NCBI GenBank assembly: GCA_963803145.1 | Contig: CAWDLW010000018.1 | Coordinates: 32,001 to 96,000, forward strand | Origin: Methanotrichaceae archaeon | Lineage (GTDB): Archaea > Halobacteriota > Methanosarcinia > Methanotrichales > Methanotrichaceae | DNA: 64,000 nucleotides | Direction of reading: 5' to 3' | Part shown: in pieces, positions 9,222 to 17,499 of the stretch | How positions within the stretch are numbered: the first letter of the stretch is position 1 | Layout: each line of letters begins with the position of its first letter | Translations under genes and position numbers: made by a program | Notes under the pieces: generated by a model | The model's database searches: none | The model's input: only the letters and a program-made list of their open reading frames with translations | Told to the model about the DNA's origin: nothing

Positions 9222-9527
9222 GATCTATCCCTTCCTCGATATTCACCTTCACATTATAGCAGCATCATTTATCAGAGCTGCAACTGTCCCCTTTTTGATA
9301 GCTAAGCCTGAATTAATGATATGATCCCTTTTGGGTCTAACCTGATCTAGCCTTCTCTTTTCCAAGGCCTCTAGTTCAATCATCTGTCGGCTGCCTTGGA
9401 AACTATGCCACCTTTGCTCTTTTCTGAGAAGACCTACAAAATACCCCCTAGCGATATTATGGTATGAAGATAATATTTTAAATAACTTTTGGATGTTTAG
9501 ACGAATTTTATGATATTTATGAAAATA

Positions 9528-9692
9528 TCAACATTCAGGGTAGGAGCGCTTGGAATTCTCTGCTGCAAACCTGGCGATGAGCTTTTTCCGGCGTCTCCAT
9601 CTCTGTGCATCCCTCTCCAGGTCCTCCAGCTCTATCAACTGTCGCCCTGCCCTTCCCACTAGACCGTCTTTGTTCTTCCTTGGACGACCCAT
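9528..9692 (-). CDS. 54-aa basic protein (MGRPRK...RQLIELEDLERDAQRWRRRKK), member of a locally repeated family
   Basis: Read manually. Near-identical DNA at 5395-5460; degenerate relatives at 3902-4022 and about 9330-9420. Confidence 0.55.
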   Translation of the reverse strand: MGRPRKNKDGLVGRAGRQLIELEDLERDAQRWRRRKKLIARFAAENSKRSYPEC

Positions 9693-9893
9693 AAATTACT
9701 CCCCTTCTAAGCAACATAATGCTAGAACTATAAGAGTTTAAATAACTTTTGTATGTGCGAAGATATTTTACAATACCGATATGGATTGCAAATATACTGG
9801 ATAACTAAAGCCTTCTTAGATATACCTTGAACGACCAAAAAGTTTTAGTTATGTAACGATTGATCAAGAGGTAATGAAATAGGGGATTTTTCC

Positions 9894-10262
9894 TTGATCG
9901 GTCGATACATTAAGCCGATGATGGCTTTGGCAGCGAGTCTGATACTCGTTACTTTCGTTTGCGGGTGCATTGATGCTCCAAGCCATTTAACCAAGGTTTC
10001 AAGTAGCCCATGTGGTATAAGGTGGCAGGATAACTCGAATAATGAAGATGGGTTCAACATCTACATTGGCGGATCCTGTGCGAATTGCAATAACACTACT
10101 GCATGGACCAAAATAGCTACTGTTGGCGCCAATGCTGAGTCCTATAACTGGTCGAGATCATGCTGTGACATAGGAGAGTGCCGATGCATTTCAGTTACAG
10201 CTTATAATGCCAAGGAAGAATCAGCACGAAGCAACATCATAGTGCTAGCCTCAGTGTGCTAA
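9894..10262 (+). CDS. Exported/lipoprotein with fibronectin type III-like domain, Cys-rich
   Basis: Lipobox-like VCGC; WQDNSNNEDGFNIY...VTAYNAKEESARSN. Confidence 0.8.
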   Translation: MIGRYIKPMMALAASLILVTFVCGCIDAPSHLTKVSSSPCGIRWQDNSNNEDGFNIYIGGSCANCNNTTAWTKIATVGANAESYNWSRSCCDIGECRCISVTAYNAKEESARSNIIVLASVC

Positions 10263-10286
10263 GGGCAACTCTCATTTTATCATTTC

Positions 10287-10868
10287 TTAAGTTCTTGATA
10301 ATGGATTGAATCCACGTATATCATATGCCTCCTTCACCAGCACAGGGGCTATGGAAGCATAAACCTCTGTTGTAGAGAGCCTCTTGTGACCCACCTGCTT
10401 CTGGATCATAGGCAAAGGCACGCCGCCCATCAAAGCTGAGACTATATGGCTATGCCTGAGTATATGTGGAGTAACCTTTTTCCTGTTGAGCTTCATCCTG
10501 GGCGAAACCTCCTGGACCCCGGCCTCCTTTGCCAGGCGGTCTATGGTTCTCAGCACTGTTTTGGTGCTAAGGTGCCCAGAGCTTCTGCCAGGAAACAGCC
10601 ATTCTTGCCCAGGCTTGATGCTATCTTGGATGGCCTCTAAGGTGGTCTGGCTCATCCTAACAGCCCTGAAATGCTTTGTCTTCGTTCTGCTGCTCTCGAT
10701 CCTTATGAATCCGTTTTGAAAATCGATATCTGAGACTCTATTAGTAACTAGTTCACCGACTCTGCAGCCCATGTCGTAAAGGCAGAGTAGGATAAATCTG
10801 TCTCTACCCTTGGCCACAGAAAATAGGGCCTCTATTCCTATAGTGTCTAGGTACTTGATGGAGTCCAT
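10287..10868 (-). CDS. Tyrosine recombinase/integrase (catalytic domain only, 193 aa)
   Basis: GCRVGEL (R), TKT (K), HILRHS (HxxR), VGH (H), TTEVY (Y): complete catalytic set. Confidence 0.95.
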   Translation of the reverse strand: MDSIKYLDTIGIEALFSVAKGRDRFILLCLYDMGCRVGELVTNRVSDIDFQNGFIRIESSRTKTKHFRAVRMSQTTLEAIQDSIKPGQEWLFPGRSSGHLSTKTVLRTIDRLAKEAGVQEVSPRMKLNRKKVTPHILRHSHIVSALMGGVPLPMIQKQVGHKRLSTTEVYASIAPVLVKEAYDIRGFNPLSRT

Positions 10869-10902
10869 CCGAGGGCTATATTTACGTTGCCTCTATATAA
10901 CG

Positions 10903-10931
10903 ATGTCTCTTTTCTAGTACAAAAGAGACAT
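10903..10931. promoter_or_regulatory. Perfect 11-7-11 inverted repeat directly upstream of the recombinase promoter
   Basis: ATGTCTCTTTT-CTAGTAC-AAAAGAGACAT; TATA-like TTATATAG on the minus strand at 10893-10900. Confidence 0.7.
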
Positions 10932-10954
10932 TTTCATCTAGGTACTAAGCGACG

Positions 10955-11222
10955 TTTGACCTAGAGCCTCATTTTTCATCTTTTGAGCCTTCTGCACGGC
11001 TGCTTTGGCATCCATCTTCCTGTAGCGGTCCCAGATTGACATTCAGCACCTCGGAACCTTCTCGCCACGAGACCATCCTGTAGGCAAAGGTCTTGAGCCC
11101 TTCTTTAAGGTCTTCTCCTTCTGCCATATCTGCAGGGCCCCAAGCCTGGCAGTATTTTTCTAGGCCTCAGCCGTGAGTCTATCCATCTCATCCTGCCTCA
11201 TCCTTCTTGCAGGCTTCATCTG
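10955..11222 (-). pseudogene. Degenerate small basic DNA-binding-like gene (ARL...KKGS..AY.MVSWREG...KMDAKAAVQKAQKMK)
   Basis: Pieces in different frames with an internal stop; a similar ARLED fragment lies at about 25300-25368. Confidence 0.45.
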
Positions 11223-11308
11223 CCTAGTCTTGTTATGGCCTTAGATTCTCTCTTCTGCTTCATGGCCGCTTTCTTTTTGTGGTTTAGATTGTTGTGATGT
11301 ATCAATGT

Positions 11309-11338
11309 AATTTCTGAGTTCCATTATAATCAGAAATT
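11309..11338 (+). other. Site A, copy 1: 11-8-11 inverted-arm site
   Basis: AATTTCTGAGT-TCCATTAT-AATCAGAAATT; homologs at 26467 and 49840. Confidence 0.75.
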
Positions 11339-11856
11339 TACCTTGGGCTTAAAGCCAATTTAATCCTACCAACAAGTGTATATTCTAAAATGATTAGATA
11401 GTTATTGCCGCGAAATAGGGCTGTAGCCGATTAAGCTTCGGGGGCAGTATGTCACCTCCAATGGAGCGCCTCGCTTAACAGCGAAGTCTTCGGTGAAAGC
11501 GAATTAAGGCATACATCGTTCAGTTCGTATATAAGCGCGGCAAGTAACGTCGTGTGCAGGCAAGGTGAGAGCAGGCTCTTCATCTTCGATGAAAGGGTCC
11601 CCGTAAGAAAGGCGCTGTGCCAGATACCAGTGCTGTCTCGCATTGCCTGTGTGAAGGCACGGGGCGGGCTTAAAATCGCCACTACGGTGGTTGATTCCTC
11701 TGAGGAGGGCGCTGTGAGTCAGCGTTTGGCTCGCCTAAAACTTCACAGTACTATTCTCTTGGGTATATTCTGGGTTTTGATGTTCGCTTACTGGTAATTG
11801 CCAGGCAATGCAATCGGTATGCTGCCTACAGATATGTTTTTGATAAAAGTGTTTAC

Positions 11857-11881
11857 GTGCGGGGGATGAGATTCTCGCACC
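11857..11881 (+). repeat. Hairpin B, copy 1
   Basis: GTGCGGGGGATGAGATTCTCGCACC followed by T7; homologs at 26536, 27857 and 54921. Confidence 0.75.
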
Positions 11882-12015
11882 TTTTTTTGGCTTAACAATT
11901 TATGCCAGAAGAGCACATATAACAGTCTGACGTTTAGGTGCTGGGAGCAACATTATATGCAATAGACCCCTTTCTGACCATAATTGATATAACGTTTGAA
12001 TATCTATCCAAATAT

Positions 12016-12921
12016 ATGAAAAATATTGAAATGTTCTATCTATTATCTTTGATAGCATTACTGCTTGTAGTCTCTTCTTTTGGAGCACTAGCAGAACCAA
12101 ATACATCTGTAAACATGAATACCACGGCTCTAAAAGAACTGGTGATAAATTCAGAGAACAACTTAAAATCCTATAGTTTAAACCTGTCTGAAAATGAAAA
12201 CATAATGCTCATCAACTCCACGAGCCACAATACGACGTCTCGGGTCAACATACAGACTCTAGGGGCCATCGCTATCAATCGCACCAGCAAATCAGCGAAG
12301 GCAGTCACTGCCTCCCTCGTCCTGCCGATAGGAGATGTGGTGGATGCTGCTACCATATCGACAGAAGTATACTATATCAATGATACTTTATATAGCGAGG
12401 TTGACGGAAATTGGACTGCGATGAAGCTGGCTTTGCCCGGAGCCTTTGGAACCAATCAGGACATGATTAGACAAACTGCGATGCTATTGAATGCATCCAC
12501 TATCAGACTTATCGGTATTGAGGCCATAAACGGTGAAAAGTATTACGTTGTGGAGATATCTCCTCAAAGTAGTGCTATCTCTTCCCTTTTCAAACAGGAG
12601 ACTGGTTCTATCAGCTCTATGATCCCCCAGAGCATCGAGAACCTCAGTCATCTCTTCAACAATATTCAGCTCAGATATATCACCTGGATAAATACAGCCA
12701 GCTATCTCCCAGTGCAGGAGTTTGCCATTGTAAACATCACGACCACGCCAGGAATGCTCGGCTATCCGGGAGGGAATAGCACGGAAGTCTACATCAACTC
12801 TTCCATTACAACGAGGTTCAGCGATTTGAATAAGACAATAAATATAATGTTGCCTGAGGCTGCAAAGAGGGCAGAGATGTTGCCTTTAAACAGCTCCGGC
12901 ACGCCACTGGCAATACCTTAA
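12016..12921 (+). CDS. Exported protein, DUF6612/LppX-LolA-like
   Basis: Signal peptide; LKSYS...YYINDTLYSEVDGNWT...IGIEAINGEKYYVV...TWINTASYLP...RFSDLNKTINIMLPEAAK; many NxS/T sequons. Confidence 0.8.
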   Translation: MKNIEMFYLLSLIALLLVVSSFGALAEPNTSVNMNTTALKELVINSENNLKSYSLNLSENENIMLINSTSHNTTSRVNIQTLGAIAINRTSKSAKAVTASLVLPIGDVVDAATISTEVYYINDTLYSEVDGNWTAMKLALPGAFGTNQDMIRQTAMLLNASTIRLIGIEAINGEKYYVVEISPQSSAISSLFKQETGSISSMIPQSIENLSHLFNNIQLRYITWINTASYLPVQEFAIVNITTTPGMLGYPGGNSTEVYINSSITTRFSDLNKTINIMLPEAAKRAEMLPLNSSGTPLAIP

Positions 12922-12977
12922 GTCCAGAGGATCAGCAGAAAATAAAAATGATCGAGAGTAGGGCCATATTTGCCCAA

Positions 12978-13092
12978 GTATGTATAACCTGATTCCAGCC
13001 CACCTTATTTTCCAACGACTATAGGGCTGGAAACAATTTTATAAACATCTTTCTGAGCTACAAATGCGTTGGGTCTGCGCTCCAGATATTAT
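12978..13092 (+). repeat. Element C, copy 1 (about 115 bp, non-coding)
   Basis: GTATGTATAACCTG...TTTTATAAACATCT...TGCGCTCCAGAT; homologs at 26974-27087 (-) and 55950-56063 (+). Confidence 0.85.
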
Positions 13093-13164
13093 GCTTGAAT
13101 GCGGGCCTTCCGATGCTCCATGTTAGCGTTCCTAAATCCAGGTCTATCATCCTAGATTATACCT

Positions 13165-13497
13165 TTAATGCCGCCCACTCTGATACCTTCGCCGATAAAG
13201 CGCCTCTTGTGCCGTCCTCACTTCAGGCAGCAGCTGCAATGCCCTTTTCTCCAAATCCACAAGCAAATTCCAACTCTCGCCCATCATATCAGCAATCTGC
13301 GCTTCTGCGAACCCAACCGATTGCAAGTTGAGGTACTCCTCTATTGCCGCTTCTGCTGCGGACTGTCCCGGCACATCCAGTTCATCCAGCGCCCTGCCAA
13401 GTGCCAAAGCCTGCACGCTATCCTCATCCAGCACGCCGGCCTTCAGCATCCCTGCCTTCAGAAGTACTGCACGTCGCTCAAGCGCCCTTAGGTTCAT
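13165..13497 (-). CDS. Hypothetical protein with possible sigma-r4-like HTH
   Basis: GFAEAQIADMMGESWNLLVDLEKRALQLL; GGAGG upstream of the start. Confidence 0.55.
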   Translation of the reverse strand: MNLRALERRAVLLKAGMLKAGVLDEDSVQALALGRALDELDVPGQSAAEAAIEEYLNLQSVGFAEAQIADMMGESWNLLVDLEKRALQLLPEVRTAQEALYRRRYQSGRH

Positions 13498-14097
13498 CCA
13501 TTCCCTCCACGATAGACAATCGCTCTTCCAGATCTTCTAGCTTACCCAGTTCATAGCTTCTATACAGATATGCAGTAAATTCATAGCCCATCTCTTCGCC
13601 TATAAGTACGATAGAGGTGCATTTAGTTCTATGATAAGTTGTCTATTGCCTAAAATCAAGTGAGGCATAGGCCAACAATCTGGATTTTAACCCAGATCCC
13701 CTTTTACAGGGATTCCTATCGCCCGAAAGCGATAGATTACTTCACCTATGCCTCAAGCAATATATTGCACCCTAATTTATTTATAATTGTTGGTAGATAA
13801 TATCATCAGAGACTATCGTATTAGCTCTGATAGCGAGGAAGATGCCTTATGTAACTTAGTACGGGATTCTCTTCAATCAAAAGGCTATCAGGTAGCATGT
13901 TATCAGCCATCGTAAATAATTCTTATAGTATTACAACCTTCTATGTTGCCCCTCTTAGAGGGAAAGGGAGGCATAAAATCGCGTATAAGAGCGATAATAA
14001 AGGATGTTTTGGCTCAGGTCGTGGTTCATCTGGTGTTCCATATTCTTTTTGCGCCTGTAGTGAGATAGGTGCTTCCGGAGATCTTAGCCCAAACCCG

Positions 14098-14424
14098 GAC
14101 TTGGTTGGCGTCCTGCAGGTACTTCTCCAGACCGGCCGGTTCAAGATACCCAGCCAGCTCAAGTTAGGTCCGGTCTTGCAGAGCGAGATGTTGAACTTCC
14201 GAGTGACGATCGACCCCAGAACGGCCCATGATAGCTATTCGGCATGGAGGGAGGCGGGCCATGATGATCTCGTTCTGAGCGTGGCATTGGCATGTTGGTA
14301 TGCAGAAACCGCTGCGTCAAAACCTATGCCTCGCCTCGTCTTCCCATCGGCCCCAAAGACGCCTTCGTCATGGCGGGCGGCATTGTATCCGTATAGCTCA
14401 GGGTATCCGACTTGGGGGCATTAA
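14098..14424 (+). pseudogene. C-terminal fragment of a terminase-large-subunit-like nuclease domain
   Basis: DLVGVLQVLLQTGRFKI...EMLNFRV...AWREAGHDDLVLSVALACW; the N-terminal part is absent. Confidence 0.7.
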
Positions 14425-14681
14425 ATCAGGTTGGTTGAAAGCAAAATAATTATCTCCGTTGAGCATATGCCAGAAGATGGAGCCATAAATCCCTCTAATT
14501 GGGCATGCGGAAATGATATTCTCGAAGACCAATACAAATAAACTTGGCTGGAAATTATTTAGTTCAAAAAACTTATTATATTAAAGTTACTTGAATTCAA
14601 GACAGTCTGCTCTAGGGTGGCAGCATATACAAGTGTGCCTAGGCAGTGTCAATAAAAAATATTTTCATAGATGACTACATG

Positions 14682-15425
14682 TCAACGAGATTTCATGGGA
14701 GCGAGGCAGTACATAGCCCAACCCATAGATTGGCGTAGGAACTGTAAATAATCATCCTGTTCAGTACGGAAATGCTTGAATACCTGTTCATAGTCAGTGT
14801 GGGTGGGATTTTCTTCGAGCCAACGTATCAGTCCATACCAACTATCCGAAATGTACCTGTCCCAGTCGTCGTAGCTGGCACGAATGATGTATTCGAGTTC
14901 AAAGCCTTCATCCCGGATAAATTGAGTTAGTTCCGTTTCTGTATGGGTAGTTGTCTGTTTTTGGGCATATACCGGATGTACCTGATTGCTAAGCCAGTGG
15001 GTTTCACCGATACCAAGGCGTCCATTCTGATGAACGGCTCGCTTCAGTACTTGGAGTGTCTGCTGGCAGCCGCCAAAAATAAACGTTGACCCAATACATG
15101 TTGCGGCATCGAAAACCCCTTCTTCGAATATGTAATCAGCCCCATTGGAGCAAACGATTTCGATTTGGTCCGATAAACCTTTCGAAGCCAGTTTTTGCCT
15201 AGCCCTGTCGCAGAAATCCTCGGATATATCTATTCCAATACCAGTAATACCGAATTCCTCAGCCCAGAGAGTAAGGGGTCCGGCACAACCACAACCGAAG
15301 TCAATGACCCGGTTTCCTTTTTTCAATTTGAGTAATTTGCCGAGTTTGATGATCTTTTCAGGCGTGGAAGGGTTTAGTATCTCCATATAGCGGTGTGAGA
15401 TGCTCATAATGTCAAGGAATTCCAT
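14682..15425 (-). CDS. Class I SAM-dependent methyltransferase
   Basis: VIDFGCGCAG motif I; GIDISEDF; FDAATCIGS. Confidence 0.93.
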   Translation of the reverse strand: MEFLDIMSISHRYMEILNPSTPEKIIKLGKLLKLKKGNRVIDFGCGCAGPLTLWAEEFGITGIGIDISEDFCDRARQKLASKGLSDQIEIVCSNGADYIFEEGVFDAATCIGSTFIFGGCQQTLQVLKRAVHQNGRLGIGETHWLSNQVHPVYAQKQTTTHTETELTQFIRDEGFELEYIIRASYDDWDRYISDSWYGLIRWLEENPTHTDYEQVFKHFRTEQDDYLQFLRQSMGWAMYCLAPMKSR

Positions 15426-16077
15426 AATTCAAGCCTCCTTCTGGAAATTGTAACTTGATTAATAAAGGTGTTGAGAGACCTAATGCGAATCTCGTTGATA
15501 ATGTGGTGATGACAGCCTCAAATTTTTACCCAATTATAAGCATCTTAGACTTCTGCTTGAAAAGAAGCAAGTAGTTCTTGGCCATAATACTAACGTTGCA
15601 TATACATTGGCACGACGGCCAAGTATGCTTAAAAGATGTCTTAAATTTAGAGGTTTAAATGAAATTCTTAAGGGCATAAGGTTGTATATTTACAGGTAAA
15701 TATATGCCCAAACCCTGGCTAGTAGTACCACATAGCTCAAACGTGCTAAGGAGATATAGTACTACCGATGGAGGTTGCACGTATTTATTGCGCAGTTTAT
15801 ATACACCATTTTATACAACCTGCAGAGCTCCGCAAAATCGAGCAAAGTACTCTTCCAATTAACTCATCATTCCATAAACTATGGAATGCCAGGTTTACAA
15901 TCGACTGATAACGAAAAACCGATAGCAGCAAAATCAATTTTACAAACCGCTATCCAGAGCGCAAAGGTATGCCTTTGCGCTCCAGGTTCTATGCCTTCCA
16001 CAATCGATAGCAGTAGATTCAATCAATCGATATCAGCGACCCTTCAAGTTTACTTGATTGTCATTCCTGTAATGGCT

Positions 16078-16623
16078 GGAATAGTTGTTAACTCAAAAAG
16101 GCATTTAGGTCGATTTGTGGGTTTCCAGTTAGTTATCTAAAACAGTGCATATAACAGTACATACATTCCAGATCGTAGATCCTCAAGCAGCACTAGGGTG
16201 GGCATCGAAAAGGCTTAGGAGATTTTGAAGATCGTACTTAAAACCTAAGTTTCAACAGGCTTATTCTTCCCCACATACTTCGATCTGCTCTTCCCACCCT
16301 TCTTCGAATACAGATACCAATATGGCCCATGCAGCTCCCCACCAGGCTTTGCACAGTGGCATGAGGGCTTGCCGCATTTCACCTTCTGAAGAACATATGA
16401 GCCGCCACCCATGGCAGGCTTAACCTCAATAATCTCCGTGCCCTTCCACTTGGCTCTCTCTTCGATTTCCAAGGCTTCGAGCTGGGATTCAAGGATGGCA
16501 ATGGCATTGCCTATCCAGGCCCTCTGCTCCCGGAGCACTTCTATCCTTTTTCTGAGATCCTCAGTACTTATAATGTCTTATATGTAATTTTTAGATATCA
16601 ATCTGACCATTGGCTCATAAGAC
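16078..16623. repeat. Long direct repeat, copy 2
   Basis: See the copy at 1-546. Confidence 0.95.
16245..16571 (-). pseudogene. DUF6788-like paralog; start codon ATG changed to ATA
   Basis: Frame intact and highly similar to 168-494; the position equivalent to the ATG (16569-16571) reads ATA. Confidence 0.7.
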
Positions 16624-16724
16624 TTGGATAATCCATTGATGTGAAACTTTGAATTTCACCTAATCTGAAGAACTCATTCTGTCCTTCTAACTCTTTAAAC
16701 CAGTAGACCAATCGCTAATAACAT

Positions 16725-16853
16725 TCAGGCCTCCTCGTCTTCGATGATCTCAAGACCGTGCATCAAACCAGCTCTGATATTGTTGACCAAGGTTGTTATC
16801 TCATCTAAAGTCTCAATTGCATGTACTACTTCCTCTTTTGTAAAGGCAGCCAT
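16725..16853 (-). CDS. 42-aa acidic hypothetical protein (MAAFTKEEVVHAIETLDEI...)
   Basis: Read manually; GGGAGG RBS inside the end of the upstream ORF. Confidence 0.5.
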   Translation of the reverse strand: MAAFTKEEVVHAIETLDEITTLVNNIRAGLMHGLEIIEDEEA

Positions 16854-16857
16854 GATT

Positions 16858-17151
16858 TTAGGCCTCCCTAGTGGCTTTATTGGACCTAATCAAAACGAAA
16901 GGTTTGCAATCTGCCTGCTTTTTAGCCCTTAGATAAGCCATCTCAAAGGCCTTGGTATCTGTGTGTGAGCCTTCAATCAGGGTTCTGGGAGTGTGCAGGC
17001 GATTAGCATCATTGATGCAAGCATCCAGGATCCAAAGGTTAGCCTCACATTCCATAAACGCAGGATTGCTCAGAAAACCTATTGGATATCTGCTAACAAA
17101 ATCGATTGCCTTAGACTCAATATTCTCATTGGAAGCTGTCATTCTAGACAT
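16858..17151 (-). CDS. Hypothetical protein (mobile-element-like)
   Basis: GGGTGG upstream of ATG; divergent from the RHH gene. Confidence 0.55.
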   Translation of the reverse strand: MSRMTASNENIESKAIDFVSRYPIGFLSNPAFMECEANLWILDACINDANRLHTPRTLIEGSHTDTKAFEMAYLRAKKQADCKPFVLIRSNKATREA

Positions 17152-17193
17152 TTAGTTCCACCCATAAGGACATCGAGGTTTAAGTATTTAACA

Positions 17194-17257
17194 TTATAGC
17201 AGATTATGCTTATAGCAGATTATGCTTATAGCAGATTATGCTTATAGCAGATTATGT
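17194..17257. repeat. 4 x 16-bp tandem repeat TTATAGCAGATTATGC
   Basis: Three perfect units and one with a terminal mismatch; lies in a divergent intergenic region. Confidence 0.97.
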
Positions 17258-17296
17258 TTAAAAACTTTAAATACAATTATGCGCTTAAGGGCGTAT

Positions 17297-17446
17297 ATGC
17301 CTAGAGTCAGCGCAGATATCAGTAAAGAATTAAATCAGAAGCTTAAAGAGTACATTGTAAAGACAAAAGGAACCCTCAGAGGCTCTCAGGGAGAGGTTAT
17401 CGCAGAGGCAATAAAGGAATTCCTCGAGCGTCACGCGAATGATTAA
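17297..17446 (+). CDS. Ribbon-helix-helix (CopG-like) DNA-binding protein
   Basis: MPRVSADISKELNQKLKEY...SQGEVIAEAIKEFLER beta-alpha-alpha pattern. Confidence 0.8.
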   Translation: MPRVSADISKELNQKLKEYIVKTKGTLRGSQGEVIAEAIKEFLERHAND

Positions 17447-17499
17447 AGTTGGTTCTTCGCTGTTTTGGCTATGGCATATAAGACTCTATCTCTAGCGAG

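Noticed and set aside
11452-11797. ORFs 11452-11682 (-) and 11552-11797 (+)
   Set aside because: Overlapping opposite-strand ORFs with no recognisable motif or convincing start; left uncalled.
13897-14097. First part of the 175-aa ORF as real coding sequence
   Set aside because: It runs through a non-coding repeat shared with 25407-25485; only the C-terminal part looks like protein.
17194-17257. CRISPR array
   Set aside because: The units are contiguous 16-mers with no spacers, and there are no cas genes in the window.
17222-17296. N-terminal extension of the RHH ORF in the track
   Set aside because: It arises from ATGs inside the tandem repeat; the RHH pattern begins at ATG 17297.
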